DNA of 64,000 nt, from NCBI RefSeq assembly GCF_018350175.1, contig NC_058368.1:231076001-231140000 (forward strand), in the 5' to 3' direction. This DNA comes from Felis catus. Taxonomy: Eukaryota. Numbering within the stretch: the stretch's first letter is position 1; each line of letters opens with the position of its first letter. Below the pieces are notes generated by a model that was not told where the DNA came from, ran no database searches, and worked only from the letters and a program-made list of their open reading frames with translations. Below are positions 62,070-64,000 of this stretch, in pieces. The translations under genes and the position numbers were made by a program.

Positions 62070-62779
62070 AAGACATCACATTTTGATATGTCAATGTCTT
62101 CATTAAAAATAAGTAACAATAAGCCCCCCCCCCCCCACACACACTCTAAAGAATGCAATTATTTGATTAAGACACAACTAAAACACAGGAGGAGGTCAGG
62201 GGACAAGCTCTCCTGTGACATCTACTCTGCCCGGCCCTGTTGATTACCCACTCTTTCAGAATGAAAACGATTGAGGAGGTTGTTTCCATTGTTTTTACCA
62301 CCAAATAAAATCATTACCACATAATATGACAAAAGTGGGGAATTTAGTTATTATTTATGCTGTCAATACCTTCAACATTTAGGAACATTACAAGTCAGAT
62401 TAACTTTCTTTCAGTTGGTTTGTCCATCAAGACAGAAAACTAAGCTTATTTTAATATGAAATGGGCATAGTAACATTTTAAAGCACAATAATCAAGGAAC
62501 ATATTAATTCTCTTAGAAAAAAGATCCAAATATTAAACAGATTTGAAAAGTGTCTTAACTTAAACAGATTTGAGAAGTGTCTAAATAACTGCCTCACACA
62601 AAGAGTTAATACAAAGAAATTCTGTAACATACCCATAAAAATCTAACTCAGGCAAGACCATTCCATATGGTAACTTTCTTCACTTGGTTACTTTTCAATA
62701 AGGCTAGAAAGAAGAGCAAGGCCCAAACATCTTGCGTATTTTTCTATGGATCAAGTTCTTGTTAATACAGTGTTATTTT

Positions 62780-62990
62780 TAAATACGTAAAAGGAGCTAG
62801 TAGCTGTGCTGAGCATTCTCCATATATTATCTCAATCCTCCTAAGAACCCCTAAGCAGCCACTATTTCCATTTTGAAGATTAAGAACCTGGCCCAACCAA
62901 GGTCCCGTGAGGGTGGAGGCTGAATTTGAACTCAGGCCTTGACCAATGAACCACAGAGCTCATGCTCTTGACCAATGAAGCACTCTGCCT
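62780..62990 (-). mobile_element. MIR
   Basis: tgtgctgagcattctccatatattatctcaatcctc...ccattttgaagat...atttgaactcagg. Confidence 0.7.
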
Positions 62991-64000
62991 CCAACTGAAC
63001 TAAAGCAGCTCAACAACTAAGTCTTACAAGCCACACTGCTGGCACCGACACTTCTCTACAACCTCACAAAATGGTTTGGATGTGAAGATAAGTTATTGTT
63101 AAAGACAAATACACATAAATGTTATGTGAAATAAACACATGTGAATGTTAATTTGAAAAAGATATAAAAATCACTACTGGTAATTCTGTAGAAATGTTTA
63201 GTATTTTATACACACACATATATTTACATATATTGCTATCCCAAGGTTTTTTGTAGTTGCTGTGGTTGTTTATAGTTGGGTGGTTTTTAAAAATCTGATG
63301 GCCAGTTTCTATTCCATACTTCACACACTTCTACTTAAGTGTTTCTGAGAGGACGGGGTTAAAATTTTTAGTTTGTACTAAGTTATCATCAGCTGAACTG
63401 AAGCTACAGAAAACTAACCCATAGTGAGATTAGATTAACAGGGGAATATTTAGTTAACAATCTTCAGTGAAATTAAAGTACTTTTACTAAAAAATTTGGA
63501 TACTAAAACTAGGTTTCCTTCCTTTAACTTTTCAGTATTTCTGATAAAGACATGAAAACATGAAAAGAGAACATTAAGACCACAAATGTAAAACTGTCCG
63601 AAGTTCAAAACCCAACTTTTCTCAGCAATGTATTTATTATGTTGCACCCAGCTGTTAATCAGACTTTGTTGAGAGCTGTGATATGAGGAGTAGTGAGCTT
63701 CCTACGAGCATAGTTCTAAAGGTCAAAGTTTATTATTCAGAAGCAGTTAAAAAAAAAAAAAAAACCTTTATTTTTACCATTTTAAGTTAAATCACAATTC
63801 CTACAGATTAGAGAATATTCTCATTATTTTTAAAAACCTCACTCAAAACTAAATTTCCTACTTGTTCCTTGACCTTAGCCCTCATGGAGAAACTCAAGTA
63901 TTCAATACAAATCAGATTTAGAACATTGTAGGAGCAGTGCTATACTTGAGATACTAAGTCAATACACATTTATGTACTTGTAAGAATGAAAAGTATCTTC

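Overview
Mammalian, almost certainly felid, genomic DNA: it is dense in carnivore tRNA-derived Can-SINEs, including young SINEC_Fc-like copies. The gene pair matches human 5p15.2. Two protein-coding genes lie in tandem on the minus strand. (1) The last six coding exons of MARCHF6 (ER E3 ligase, Doa10 orthologue) span 61713 to 46561 and are followed by a long 3' UTR, with the best poly(A) signal at about 42870. (2) ROPN1L is complete: five coding exons from 36182 to 18680, 218 aa, with a CpG-island promoter carrying X-box, NRF1, ETS and CCAAT motifs. All exon boundaries were read by hand; they are GT-AG and phase-consistent. The rest is intronic or intergenic DNA with about 30 SINEs, L1/L2/MIR fragments, MLT1 LTRs, MER DNA transposons and microsatellites; repeat subfamily names are from memory, not from a search. 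Nearly all ORFs in the supplied track are spurious. I see no convincing wholly novel system. The most interesting testable idea is that the penultimate MARCHF6 exon is in frame with ROPN1L exon 2, so a read-through chimera would swap the MARCHF6 regulatory C-terminal tail for most of ROPN1L.
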